DNA of 64,000 nt from the human T2T-CHM13v2.0 reference genome, Homo sapiens. Made by a program: the position numbers and the translations under genes. Shown here one piece after another: positions 16,067 to 28,625 of the stretch. Each line of letters starts with the position of its first letter. The stretch's first letter is position 1. Location of the stretch: NCBI RefSeq assembly GCF_009914755.1, contig NC_060937.1; one strand, written 5' to 3'. The notes below the pieces were generated by a model. It was not told where the DNA came from. It did no database searches and saw only the letters and a list, made by a program, of their open reading frames with translations.

Positions 16067-18929
16067 AGCATTTCCACAGGAGAGCAGAATATTATTATTC
16101 AGAATGAAAAGAGGGGCCCAATTCCTGGAGAAGGGCAAATATCTTGATTTTTAAAATAAGAGAAAATGTATATGTGTGAACTGGGGGACTTTCTGTTGAG
16201 CCCCCAGCAACATTCTAAAACAGTGTCACTAAACTTCTTGTTAAGAGTTCCGTGATAGCAACTATGACAACGGCAATGGCACCGAGTCTTGGAATCACAA
16301 TGGTCTTTGTTGCCGCCTCTCCTATCGTTGGGAGGTTGTATTTTCATGATTCCTTCAATAACTGCAGCCTAGCATTTTACTTCAGGAATATCAGTATTCC
16401 TTAGGAGGAACATCCTTATCAGCGGGACATCAGCGCCACAGCACAAGGTTGCGAAAAAGAGACTGAGGCTCAGGCTGTGTGAAGGGAACAGAGTGCTGGG
16501 CTCCCCGGGCAGCCCACATTGGAAGGGTGGGCTCTTTCCATGTTTCAGGAAAGACCTGGCCCTCGGGGGCGCATCAACAGGTGTGTGGACAGATGGAAGA
16601 GGCTGGAGGTTACCTCACAGCCGAGAGAACAGAACAAACACTAGCTTGAGGAAGACGCTGAGGCACAGGGCGGTGACCCTGGAATGTGAAACAGAGGATT
16701 CAATGCCTGCGTGGATCTAGGACTAAGAACTGGATCTGACACTCAGCATTAACAGAAAGCCAGGTTTTTCTTAAAAAAAAAAAAAAAGAAAATTGAAATG
16801 GGCTACCCTTCACACCATGTTTTCTCATCCCTTGAAGCATTTCATCAGAGGCTGTGTGAGTGTCTGCTGGGGTAATGCACAGGGGACTCCTCTGGAAGCC
16901 CTGGTCCCAGCGTTCCATAATTAAAGTGTATGTACTAATGCCTCCCTTTCATATACAACATATTTCACAGCCAAAAGAGATGGCCAATGTCCACAGTAAA
17001 TGCAGCTCCATTTAAAAAGCTCATGTTAAATGATATGATTTGTAAAATTAATTTTATTCTCAGATGAAAGACATAATACATTTTCCTAACTGTTGATGTT
17101 CTATCTCAAAAGCATTTCAAAATGTGACCAGTGAGGAGCAAGAAATTTGTACGTCTTGATGTGTAAACATATTTTACAGCAGCTGTTCACCTATGGGGTC
17201 AGTCCTGTTTATTTATAAAATGAAGATGTTTTCTTATTAACCAAGAAACACCTCCCATTGAAATTTGGTCAACAAAATGCCCAATCAGCAAGAGTTTGAT
17301 TTATCAAAAAATGGTTCACATTTTCTCCAACACTTCAAAGTCCATAGCATTTAACCTCCCCAGCAGGTGAGACAGCTGTGTTCTCTCGGTTCTCTAGCCC
17401 GTGGCCTGCCTGAACAACGGCACCCCGTGGTCCCCTGTGGTCCAACCTTCTAGGAAGTAAACAGATCAGGGAGCCAGAGGGGGACATGGCCTGGATGATT
17501 CTGAGAGGCTAAAGTCACAGAAAAGGTCAAGAGGTCACAACTCCCCCCCAGGAACACTGGTCCACGCTTTCTAGAAGCAGGGTCCCTGACCTCTGCAGCT
17601 TTGGGCTTCTCCCTGTTTTTTTTTTCTAAAAACAGGGACAATTATAAGGGCAGTAGCTTTTTAAATTTCTTTGGATTTTTCTGGGTCCCCAAGCCACACG
17701 CTCTGAGGGTGTTCTATCAACATAGCAAAACTGAACAGAATATAATCTGTTTCACAATGCGCGCTTCACGATACCGGTACTAAAAATTGGCAATCCACCT
17801 ATGCCTTTAAAGGAAGAAAAGTAAAGGAGATGCCGAGCTTGCTGAGAAAAATGAGGTTAAATCCAATACAAGTGTGTCTAACTCCCCGGTCACTCAGGAC
17901 AGTCTCCTGGTTCAGAGTGTCCTCCTGCAAGAGCCACAAAGGCCCTGTTATTCCTAACAGCAGAAGTGATCCAAGGGAGAAGCTGTGTCCTCTCTCCGAA
18001 CCTGCCCGGTCCTGAGTGGGCTGCCCCTGGGTGCTCAGTGACCCTGAGCTGGTGTTTCCCAACTGAGACAGTGAGACAGTGGCTCTTTCCATTCTTTTCC
18101 AGGTTGTGTCACACCTGAGGGGCTCACCAACCAGCTCCGGGGATCTGCCGTGCGTATCATTCTCTGCAGGCCAACAGCCAGGGAGAGGAGAGCTCCCCTC
18201 GCAAGTGTCAAGAGATAGGCCAGGGTGATGGGTCAGCTGCGGGTTATCAAGCCCCCAAATTTCCAGCACATTGCTGCCATTACTGGCCAGGCCTGGCTGC
18301 CCCAGGAGACGCTCCCATTCAAGGAGCTGTGGGAGGATGGCAGTAAACGCAGGAGACTCAGCAAGTTTTAAGGAGGACTCAACTCCACTGACTGCTCCTG
18401 TCCTGACTTTGGTGGGTGGACAGGGTGGGTGGACAGACTGCAGAGGGGCCCAGAGGAAGGATGTTGTGGGTTGGGGGTGGCAAAGAAAGCGCCAGCCCCC
18501 AGGTTCTCCCTTGTAAAAACACATAACCACAGGGCATAATCTTTCACAAACCCTCTTGGTTGGAGAAGATTTGAAGGCTATTTCAATTTGTGAAGTCGTC
18601 ACTAATTTCAAATTACTTTCCAAAATCATCGCATCCACTGGGACCCTTTGCAACTGTAGTAAACAAAGTACCTCTTTCCTCTCCTGCTTCTGGAGGGCTG
18701 GAGCCAATGGGAGGAGCTTTTTCAATACAAAGTGAAATATTAACTCTTTCTTCGGAAACCAGAGAGGTTCATTTTAACTGATGCCTCTCTGGCTGTCTTT
18801 TAAGGAAAGAATAGATACGCTTAGCTTCTGCAGTCTTCAACTTCTAAGAATGTGATTACATTTAAACTTAAAAAGGTAAACTGTGTTCGGTTTTGTAGTA
18901 AATGTAATCATAGTGAAGAACTCGATGCT

Positions 18930-19250
18930 GTTTTTTCTTGTTTGTTTGTTTTTGTTTTTTGTTTTTTTTTGTTTTTTTTTGAGATGGAGTCTAGCTCTGT
19001 TGCCCAGGCTGGAGTACCGTGGCACGATCTCGGCTCACTGCAAGCTCCGCCTCCCGGGTTCACGCCATTCTCCCGCCTCAGCCTCTCTGAGCAGCTGGGA
19101 CTACAGGCGCCCGCCACCAAGCCCGGCTAATTTTTTGTATTTTTAGTAGAGACGGGGTTTCACCGTGGTCTCGATCTCCTGACCTCATGATCCGCCCCCC
19201 TTGGCCTCCCAAAGTGCTGGGATTACAAGCATGAGCCACCGCGCCCGGCC
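18930..19250 (-). mobile_element. AluY with a 12-bp left-arm deletion (AluYc/Yd-type)
   Basis: CACCGTGGTCTCGATCTCC instead of CACCGTGTTAGCCAGGATGGTCTCGATCTCC; CpG-rich. Confidence 0.9.
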
Positions 19251-19530
19251 CATGCTATATTCTTGATACTAAAGCTCCAGTCTGAAATATCTAGCTCTAA
19301 AAATAAGTAAACCATGGACTTTACTTTTGAGGATCCACACAGCATTGTGAAGATAGGTTGTTCTTTCCTTTTACAATTCAAATAATTTAGATCTATTGGC
19401 ATTTGACTGCACTAATGAAATTTCTTGATTGTTTTAAAACTTCTTAGGAAATTAATCACAACTAGCTTATTTATCTATGCCATTATAATTTCACTAATGA
19501 CAGAACCAAAACTAAAGCCCCCAAAGTTAG

Positions 19531-19921
<391 letters not shown>

Positions 19922-20046
19922 ATCTAGGGAGTAGTTGATAGATCTGAGAACAGGAACATGTGCCTCCCAATTTCGAAGTTAGCTTTGGATAGTCGGGGAG
20001 TCTGCATAGATAAAAGGAAAACAATATCAAAGCAAAACAAGCAAAC

Positions 20047-20216
20047 CTGAGTCCTGTTTCCAACGACTGCCAGTGTTTCAGACCCAAAGAATGAGGGCAA
20101 GATCCCTCTGCGAGGGTTTCAGACCTCCTTCTCCTACCCCACTGGAGTGCCTAGAAGCCAATGGTGCACAGTGATGATACGAATGTCAATCTTTGCTCGG
20201 TCAGTGAGGATGTCGC
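20047..20216 (-). other. GJB6: GJB6 5'UTR exon (170 nt)
   Basis: Acceptor ttttccctcaacag|GCGACATCC, donor GACTCAG|gtttgc. Joining to the coding exon gives ...GGACTCAGGGATAAACC..., as recalled for GJB6 mRNA. Confidence 0.88.
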
Positions 20217-21163
20217 CTGTTGAGGGAAAAATAGTAGCTGTTGCCATATTCCTTTAACTCCCCACCCCCCGCCCCCCGCAATATGTCCCCTGAATAAACT
20301 TTGTGGGTAGTTTTTCTTCATTCCCAGAACTGTTATGAGGTAAGTTCAGAAATTGCCAGCTTCCTGATGCTCTATGCTTTGAACACACAAAATAATCAAA
20401 GGTGCTCTTTAGTAGGATCCTTTCCCTATCAAAATAACAGTAACACCCAATCTGAGGCCTCAAGCCCACTCCTTGAGCAAAACAAAAAGGGACAGGGGAG
20501 AGTTTGAGACACTGGCTACACCCTGATCCCCAAATCAGTGGTTTAAAAAAAATCTCAGACTCTTTCTTCAATCAGGAAGAATAGATTTCTTTTGTCTCTA
20601 GAAATCTCAGGTCATCCAAGGGACAACCTGATAGTTGATTTTTAAATTTAGTGACAAAAAACTTCAGCAACTGTCCTGATAGAGTAACAGCTAGTGATAA
20701 CAATGGGTCAGGGATTCATATATTTCAAAATTAACTCAATAAAAATGAAACGTTTCTGTCTGTGGAGTCTAGATGTAAAAATGGAAAACTCATGCAATTA
20801 CGTATGTTTCTTACATCATTTAAGAATTCAAAGAGTTAAAAATTAATTTCCATTAAGTTAAACTTTCCTTCTCTGGGTCTTGTTAGCAATATATGTTTGT
20901 TCATTCAAGCAAACCTGTGTCCTTTCCAAACATTTAAGCTCAACTAGATTTAAATGACCCTGGGAATAAAAATGGAGCAGGCCCTCTGGGGTTCCAGGTC
21001 TATGCTCATGCACTAAGCAACTAAAACAGAAATCATAACCTATGGCAGGTGGCCATTAGAAGGTTATGCCCTCACAGACCAAGAAGCTTGGGTCAGAAAT
21101 CACTTTCCCACAATTTTATCCCATTTAACATTTAAACTAATATATGCAAACTGCTCACAGCAC

Positions 21164-21273
21164 CTGGAATATTCAAATTGAATTAAAGATGCATGAAGAG
21201 GGCGTACAAGTTAGAATTTTTCTTTCGCCATACAGAAATTGTTTAGCCAGATCTTCTGTACTTCTTTTCCTTC
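21164..21273 (-). other. GJB6: GJB6 5'UTR exon (110 nt)
   Basis: Acceptor tctgagtgttag|GAAGGAAAAG, donor ATTCCAG|gtgctg; sequence recalled from GJB6 mRNA. Confidence 0.8.
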
Positions 21274-21847
21274 CTAACACTCAGAATTCAGAAGAGAAGA
21301 CATAAGAAAAAAAGCATAAAGTCATCATTACCTGTATCAGAATTTGTTTAAAAAACAACCAGTGGGGCAGGTGAACTGACCAGCGTCTTCCCAGCTTTAG
21401 TCACTGCAGTGGCAATGAGGCGCTCTCCACACCCCCAGTTATGTGACAGGCTAGAGCCCTGGTGTTCTCTCTTCAGAACCCCCCTCTCCTCCTTGGCAAG
21501 CTTCAAGCAACACCCCCAAAGACGCTGCTGGATCCAAACAACAGACAAAGCTCTCCACAGGAGCAGTTCTGAGCAGCACCCTGCAATTCTAAGGAGACTG
21601 CATGGGGGCAGGACATTTTCTTCTAGAACACTGGTTAGATTCTGCTAGAACTGGGGCAAGAAAATAGCTGTATGGCATAAAGTCTACTTGAGGGAAAAGA
21701 ACAACCCGGCACGGTTACGTTCAATCAGACACTAAACAGAGTGCACGCCCACCCAGGGGACACTGAGGTCGCTGGGCCAGTGTCCCCGCCTGGTTGCAGG
21801 TCCCTAACCCCTCCGGGAGTGCAGAGCTGCGGGCAGGCCACACTCAC

Positions 21848-21971
21848 CCTGACCCTTCCTGCTCCCCAGGAAGGGAGGTCAGCCCCGTTTGCAAAACACA
21901 GGATGCCCGTGACACCGGAGACAGGTCTTCTTCACCGACAGGAAGTGCCTTCTGGTGCCTGCACGTTTTAA
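21848..21971 (-). other. GJB6: GJB6 alternative 5'UTR exon (124 nt)
   Basis: Acceptor acatcttag|TTAAAACGTG, strong donor TCAGG|gtgagt. Confidence 0.7.
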
Positions 21972-22659
21972 CTAAGATGTGTCGCCAATTACTTTTAATT
22001 ACTGTCGTCCACGCTATTGTCATCAGCATTTCACAAGTTTCTCGGAAGCCCATCACGCAGCCCATACCCTGCGGTTCTCCGGGGACTTATGCATCGGCCC
22101 AAGTTGAGGGTTTGTCTGAACTGAAACCCGCATCCTAGACCTGGCTTTCTTCTCCCCAAATCCAAGGGGACACCCCGGTGACCCACAAAAGCTTAGAAAA
22201 TCCAACACGCAGCAAATGAAACGGGGGAAAGGGGCACCGGCCCTCACTCTGGCCTCTTAGACACACGATATGAAACCTTCATAAAACCTGTTGTACAAGT
22301 CAAAGGGGACCACGCTGGGGTAAAAGTCAAACCAGTCCATCCTCGTTCCTCTGCGTACAGAGAGAGGGTCCAGCGCGGGCGGCGCCCACTGCCATCGGGC
22401 CGGGGCCGGGGCGCGTGGACAGGAGGGTGCGGATAGAGGCAGATCGGGGGCCCGGTCGCCCCACGTGCGGCCAGACACCCATCCCGGCCGCGCTCTGCCG
22501 GCTCTGATCCGGTGCCAGACAGGAGCGACAGGGGCGAGGTGGGGACCAGCCGCCGACCTCACCTGTTTTGTTTTCTTGGAGGAAATTCCTCCGCTGGGGG
22601 GCCGAGGTGGCACCGCCCGCTCGCCCCCCGCAAGACCCAGCCGGTCCGCGCCCGCTTAC

Positions 22660-22785
22660 CTGCTCTGCGGCCGGCGGCCCTGGCGCGGGCTCTGCGCGGG
22701 GCGGCGCCCTTCGCTCCGGCTGGGCAGGCAGGTCGGGCTCGGGCGCCGCCGGCTGTCGGGCTCTCGTCGGGTTTCGGGTGAAGGC
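22660..22785 (-). other. GJB6: GJB6 first exon (TSS approximate)
   Basis: Donor GAGCAG|gtaagc at 22660/22659. TSS inferred about 25-30 nt downstream of the TTAAAA box. A second donor CAG|gtgagg at 22563/22562 suggests an alternative first-exon end. Confidence 0.7.
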
Positions 22786-22799
22786 CCCGGCTCCCACCT

Positions 22800-22900
22800 G
22801 CTGCGCCTTTTAACCGCGCCCCACCCCGCCTCTGCCCTGACGCGGCTCGGGCGGGCTGCGGGAGGCGAGCGCTGTCACTCGACGAGCCCCCCGCCCCCAC
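22800..22900 (-). promoter_or_regulatory. GJB6: GJB6 core promoter: GC boxes + TTAAAA TATA-like box
   Basis: Minus strand GAGGCGGGGTGGGGCGCGGTTAAAAGGCGC (TTAAAA at 22813-22808), with another GGGGGCGGGG upstream. Confidence 0.8.
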
Positions 22901-23902
22901 CTACCCGGGGCGCACTAGCCGCTGGGCGCGGACCGTCCCCCTGAGGAGCAAGGAGTGCAGGACCGGGGCTGTCCCTCCGGGGGCCGGATGCGCAGAGCGG
23001 GGACCTTTTTCCCGTGGCGGGGGCGCAGGGTGGGGGACCCCTAAGAAGTGCACAGTGCGCGGGGCCCTCTTTCCGGCCCTTGGAGGGAACGGGATACCGG
23101 GGATGCAGGGGGTAGGGCTCTCCCTCGGGAGCGCAGAGGGCGGGCCCAGCCCCCTCTGCACGGGTGCAGGTGTGGGGCGCCTGCTCAGGCCCTCGAGGGA
23201 ACTCTTCCTCCCTAGTGCACCCGTGGGGAGCAGTGTGAGGGGCAGGCTGTGTTTTTGCCAGGACACATCCTCAGTCTTTCTGGGTGATCCAGCCTTCTCA
23301 TAGCCCGCGGGGTGCACAGACCTCTCCTATAGGAGCCTGGAGGTTCTTTATTAATTAATGACCACTTAGAGGAGGTACAGGGGTTGTTTTTATTAATTAC
23401 CTCCATCCTTTGAAGACTCCTCCGGGGAAGCGGAGCAGGCCTTCCTCGGGACAGTGCACCAGGAGAGACCACATTGCCTCCCCGCTTTTCAGTCAAGACT
23501 AGAAAGCTCAGGGCCAGTACAGGGAGTGGTGCAAGGGCTGGTGGGGTGGAAACGTTGGAAGCTATTTAGGGACCTGGCTTTACAGGTTCAAACCTGTCAC
23601 GCATCGGACAAAAGATGTGTGACTTGCTTATTCTACAAAACTGTTCGGTAATTAAACGTCCCCACCTAAACCATATGCCACTTGTTGGGTCATATTCTCC
23701 CACGAAACAATTAAGATGTCTGTTAAAGGTCATGGAATTTGAGCCAAGACTTCATAAAAATCCGCTTTCCAAAATATTTTATTTGAGGAGAACAAGGTTC
23801 TTAAAGAATTTGCCCAAGTCAAGTTTTAAAAACTTTGGGGAGGCCCCTGAAATGGCCTTGAACTTGGAGAGTGGAGAGACACAGAAATCTCTAGGCTTTT
23901 TA

Positions 23903-24277
<375 letters not shown>

Positions 24278-25710
24278 TAAATCTTGGGTGCTCTGTCCTG
24301 CCCCACACAATCTAACTGTGGACTTCCCAGTCTTCTCTCCATTCCTCTCCCAAACAGATGCTTCAGCCAGGCTCAGCTGTTTGCATAGTAAAATAATTTT
24401 TCTAAGCAGATTGTAAACTTCTTTGGGGATTATAAACAGTTTAAGCTTTTCTTCCTCTTCTTCTTCTTTTGCATTTCTACAATACTAAGTACTTTGCTCA
24501 TAGTATGTGCTGCTCCATGAGTATTTGAATATTGCTTGGCAAAGCTGAACCAGCATAGCAGATAGTCCTGGAAATAGCTTTTGCTTTTTCTAAAGCATGC
24601 CCTGTTCTCAATCCTGCACCTGATTCCATGCAGTACTGTGTCTGAGCATTGACATCCTGGACCAGTGGAAATTGTTCTAGGACTGGTGCAGGATAGAACT
24701 TTCAAACCAAAGTTGTCACAGAGAATGTGTTGCATTTGCTCATGTGTGCAAAAATGAAACCATCTCATCACTGTGTAAAATATCTCTTTTTCTGTTCAGG
24801 TTATCTATATTAGTCTGCATGGCCTTAACATTGAACACTGTCCTTCAGTTTTTGCTACTCATCAGACAGTCTTGTTGCAGCAGAAATTAAATGTGGACTG
24901 TATAAAACTTAAGGACTTGATGGGATGCGCATTTGAAAACTGAAAATTAGTTGTCTTAGTCCATTTGTGTTGCTATAACAGAATACCATAGACTGGGTAA
25001 CTGATAAAGAAAAGAAATTTATTTTTCAGAATTCTAGAGGCTGGGAAGTCTGATATCAAGATGCTCGCATCTGGCGAGGGTTTTCTTGCTGTGTCTTCCC
25101 ATGGCAGAGGTGGAGGGGCAAAAGAATGAGAAGATAGGGAAAGAAAAGAGAGGTGGGGGTGGAGAGAGAGGAAGGGGTTCAAACTCATTGTTTTTTCAGG
25201 AACCCACTCTCAAGATAACTAACCCACTCTAGAGATCACAGCATTAATCCATTCATGAGGGCAAAGCCATCATACCTCCTCACCTCTTAAAAGTCCCTCC
25301 CATCTTTCAACACTGTTTCATTGGGGATTAAGTTTCCAACACATGGACTTTAGGGGACACATTCAAACCATAGCATTCTGTCTTAGCCCCCCAAATTCAT
25401 GCCTTTCTCACATGTGAAATACATTCATTCCATCCCAATAGTCCCCAAAGGCTTAACTCTTCCAGCACCAACTGAAAAGTTCAAATCCAGAGTCCCATCT
25501 AAATCAGATAAAGCTAAGACTCCAAGGCAGGCATAGCTGGCCTGAGGCAGACTCCTTTCCAGCTGTGAACCTGTGAAATCAAAACAGGCTATCTACTCCC
25601 AAAAGACAATGGTGGGGCAGGCATAGGAGAGATATTTTCATTCCAAAAGGGAGAGAGAGGCAGGAAGAAAGGGGTAACTGGTTCCAGCTACATCTAGAAC
25701 CCAACATGCA

Positions 25711-26427
25711 TGTGTTAGGCTGTTTTTGCATTGCCACAAATAAATACCCGAGGCTGGGTAATTTATAAAGAAAAGACAGGCTGGTGTGGTGGCTCACGCC
25801 TGTAATCCCAGCACTTTGGGAGGCTGAGGCAGGAGGATTGCTTGAGCTCAGGAGTTTAAGACCATCCTGGGCAATATAGTGAGACCTCATCTCTACTAAA
25901 AAAAAAAAAAAAAAAAAATTAGCTGGGTGTGATGGTGTGTGCCTGTAGTCCCTGTTACTCAGGAGGCTGAGGCAGGAGGATCACTTGAGCCTGGGTGATG
26001 GAGGCTGCAGTGAGCTATGATCTTGCCACTGTGCTCCAGCCTGAGCAACACAGTGAGACCGGTCTCAAAAAAAGAAAAGAAAAGAAATTTAATTCACTCA
26101 TGGTTCTGCAGACAGTGCAAGAAACATGGTGCTAGCATCTGCTTCTGGTGAGGGCCTCAGCAAGTTTCCAATCACGTTGGAAGGACAAGGGAGAGCAAAT
26201 GTCTCACATGGTGAGAGTGCGAGCAAGAGAAAAAGCAGGGAGGTGCCCTATACTTTTAAATAACCAGATCGCAAGTGAACTCATTGGTCACCAAGGGGAT
26301 GGCACTAAGCCATTCATTAGGGATCCACCCCCATGATTCAAACACCTCCCACTAGGCCTCGCCTCCAACATTGGAGATTACACTTCAACATGAGATTTGG
26401 AGGGGACAAATACCCAAACTATATCAA
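25711..26427 (-). mobile_element. MSTB-like solo LTR nested in MaLR-int
   Basis: TGTGTTAGGCTGTTTTTGCATTG...CAAACTATATCA; itself split by an Alu. Confidence 0.8.
25778..26085 (+). mobile_element. Alu (AluJ)
   Basis: Dimer inserted at aaagaaaaga inside the LTR. Confidence 0.92.
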
Positions 26428-27131
26428 TGGAAAAAAAACATTAAGTCTTAAAACTGGTGAATAATCTCCTCTGACTCCCTGTCCTGCGATCTGGGCACAC
26501 TGGAGTGGGGCTTGGACCCCTCAAGACCTCAGGCAGCCCCTCCCCTATGGCTTTGCTGGGATCAGTCCACCCAGCAGCTCTCAGAGGTTGGAGTCTCATG
26601 CCTGCAGCTTTCCCAGGTTGGAGTTGCACACTAGTGACCCTACAGTTCTGGGGGATCGGGGCTCCCCGGCTCCCATGCCTCACCTCTGTGACAAGTGTCT
26701 GCCTGAGCCCCTAGCCGGTCCAAGTCATCCTTTGAAATCTAGGTGGAGGCCACCATGGCCCCACAGCTTGTACATTCTGCATGTCTGCAGAGTCAGCACT
26801 ACATGCATGCCACCAAGGTTTGCAGCTTATACCTTCCAGAATGGTGGGTCAAACTGTGGGGTGCTGTGCCAGAATTTGGGGAGCAGAGTCCCAGGGCAAT
26901 GTAGGGCAGTGTATGCTGAAGTCCCACAGGCACCTCTCTGGGAACCTTGCCCTCAAAGTCTTAGCTTACCTTGAAGATCTCCGGGTAATGACCCTTCAGG
27001 GTCATTGTCTAATTGTCTTGGTGAATAGAAAGAACCTGGTTTCCTTCTATCCATCATCTCTTTAGCAGTGTCTTGGCCACCCTCAATAGTCTGTCGTGAA
27101 CATGTTTTTTATTCTTACATGGCCAGGCTGA

Positions 27132-27481
<350 letters not shown>

Positions 27482-28009
27482 CTAAATTCTGTCTTCAAAT
27501 TGTTTCTCTCTTTTGTCATTATACTGTAAGCAGCCCAAAGAAGCCACACAGCACCTTGAACACTTTGTTGCTTAGCTATTTCTTCTGCCAGATATCCTAG
27601 TTTGTTGCTCTCAAATTCTGCCTTCCATAAAGCCCTTGGGCATAGCCAGAGTTCAGCTAAGTTATTTGCCACTTTATAACAAATATGACCTTTACTTCAG
27701 TTTCCAAAACTTTTCTCATTTCCATCTGAGACCTCATCAGAATGGGCTTCACTGCCCGTATCTCCATAACATTCTGGTCACAACCACTTAAGCAATCTCT
27801 GAGAAGATCCAGACTTTCCTTACAGCTCTCTTCTTCTTTCTGAGTTCTCACCAGAATTGCCCTGAATGCTCCATTCACAGCAACCTAGGCTTTTTCTAGC
27901 CTGCCTTCCAAATTCTTCCAGCCTCTAAGCATTACCCAGTTCCAAGGCTGCTTCCACATTTTCAGATGTTTGTTATAGCAGCAGCCCCACTACTTGGTAC
28001 CAAGCTCTT

Positions 28010-28493
28010 GTCTTCATCCATGTCCCTCACACTGGGTTTGTCTGAAGTTTTTCTCATGATCAGATGGGCTTGTGTGTTTTGGGAGGAGGACCACAGAGGT
28101 AAAGAGCCATTTCTATCACATTACACTGAAGGCACAGATGACAGTCAACCGCATTTGTCACTGCTGATGCTCAGCTTGGACCCCTTGCTGAGGTGGTGTG
28201 GTTTGGGTCTCTCCACTGTCAGGGGCCTCTTTCCCCTTTCCACGCTGTGTTCCTTGGGAGAAGTCACCCCTGCTCTGGGGGGGGAGAGGCACCCCGCCTT
28301 CCTGAGGAGTGGCCACATCGTCACCTGCTATTCTTCTGCACGGAAGGTTTGTCCCTTCCCCCAATTTATTCATGTGTCCAATCATTCATTGATATCAGCA
28401 TGGACTCATGGATATTTATTTTAGACTTTGGATTATTATTCTTTATTTTGTTCTTTCATTTGGCTCCTATTTCCCTTTTGACGCACACCCATC

Positions 28494-28536
<43 letters not shown>

Positions 28537-28625
28537 CATTTTCTTTCTTGCACTCTAAGATGCTCTGGACCACGTGGTACACTCCGGCCCCAGCCCTAGC
28601 ATCAGCCATTTCTCTGAGGCATCGT
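28010..28625 (-). mobile_element. L1MC-like 3'UTR fragment
   Basis: CTGGGTTTGTCTGAAGTTTTTCTCATGAT...GACCACAGAGGTAAAG and CCCCAGCCCTAGCATCAGCCATTTCTC, recalled from antisense L1MC2/3. Confidence 0.65.
28496..28534. repeat. (TG)n microsatellite, about 19 units
   Basis: Perfect TG run. Confidence 0.98.

Larger units (their letters stand above)
22340..23320. promoter_or_regulatory. CpG island over the GJB6 promoter and first exon
   Basis: Very high GC and dense CpG compared with the CpG-depleted flanks. Confidence 0.92.

Noticed and set aside
22257-23317. Several 80-160 aa Pro/Arg/Gly-rich ORFs
   Set aside because: Expected from stop-codon scarcity in a CpG island.
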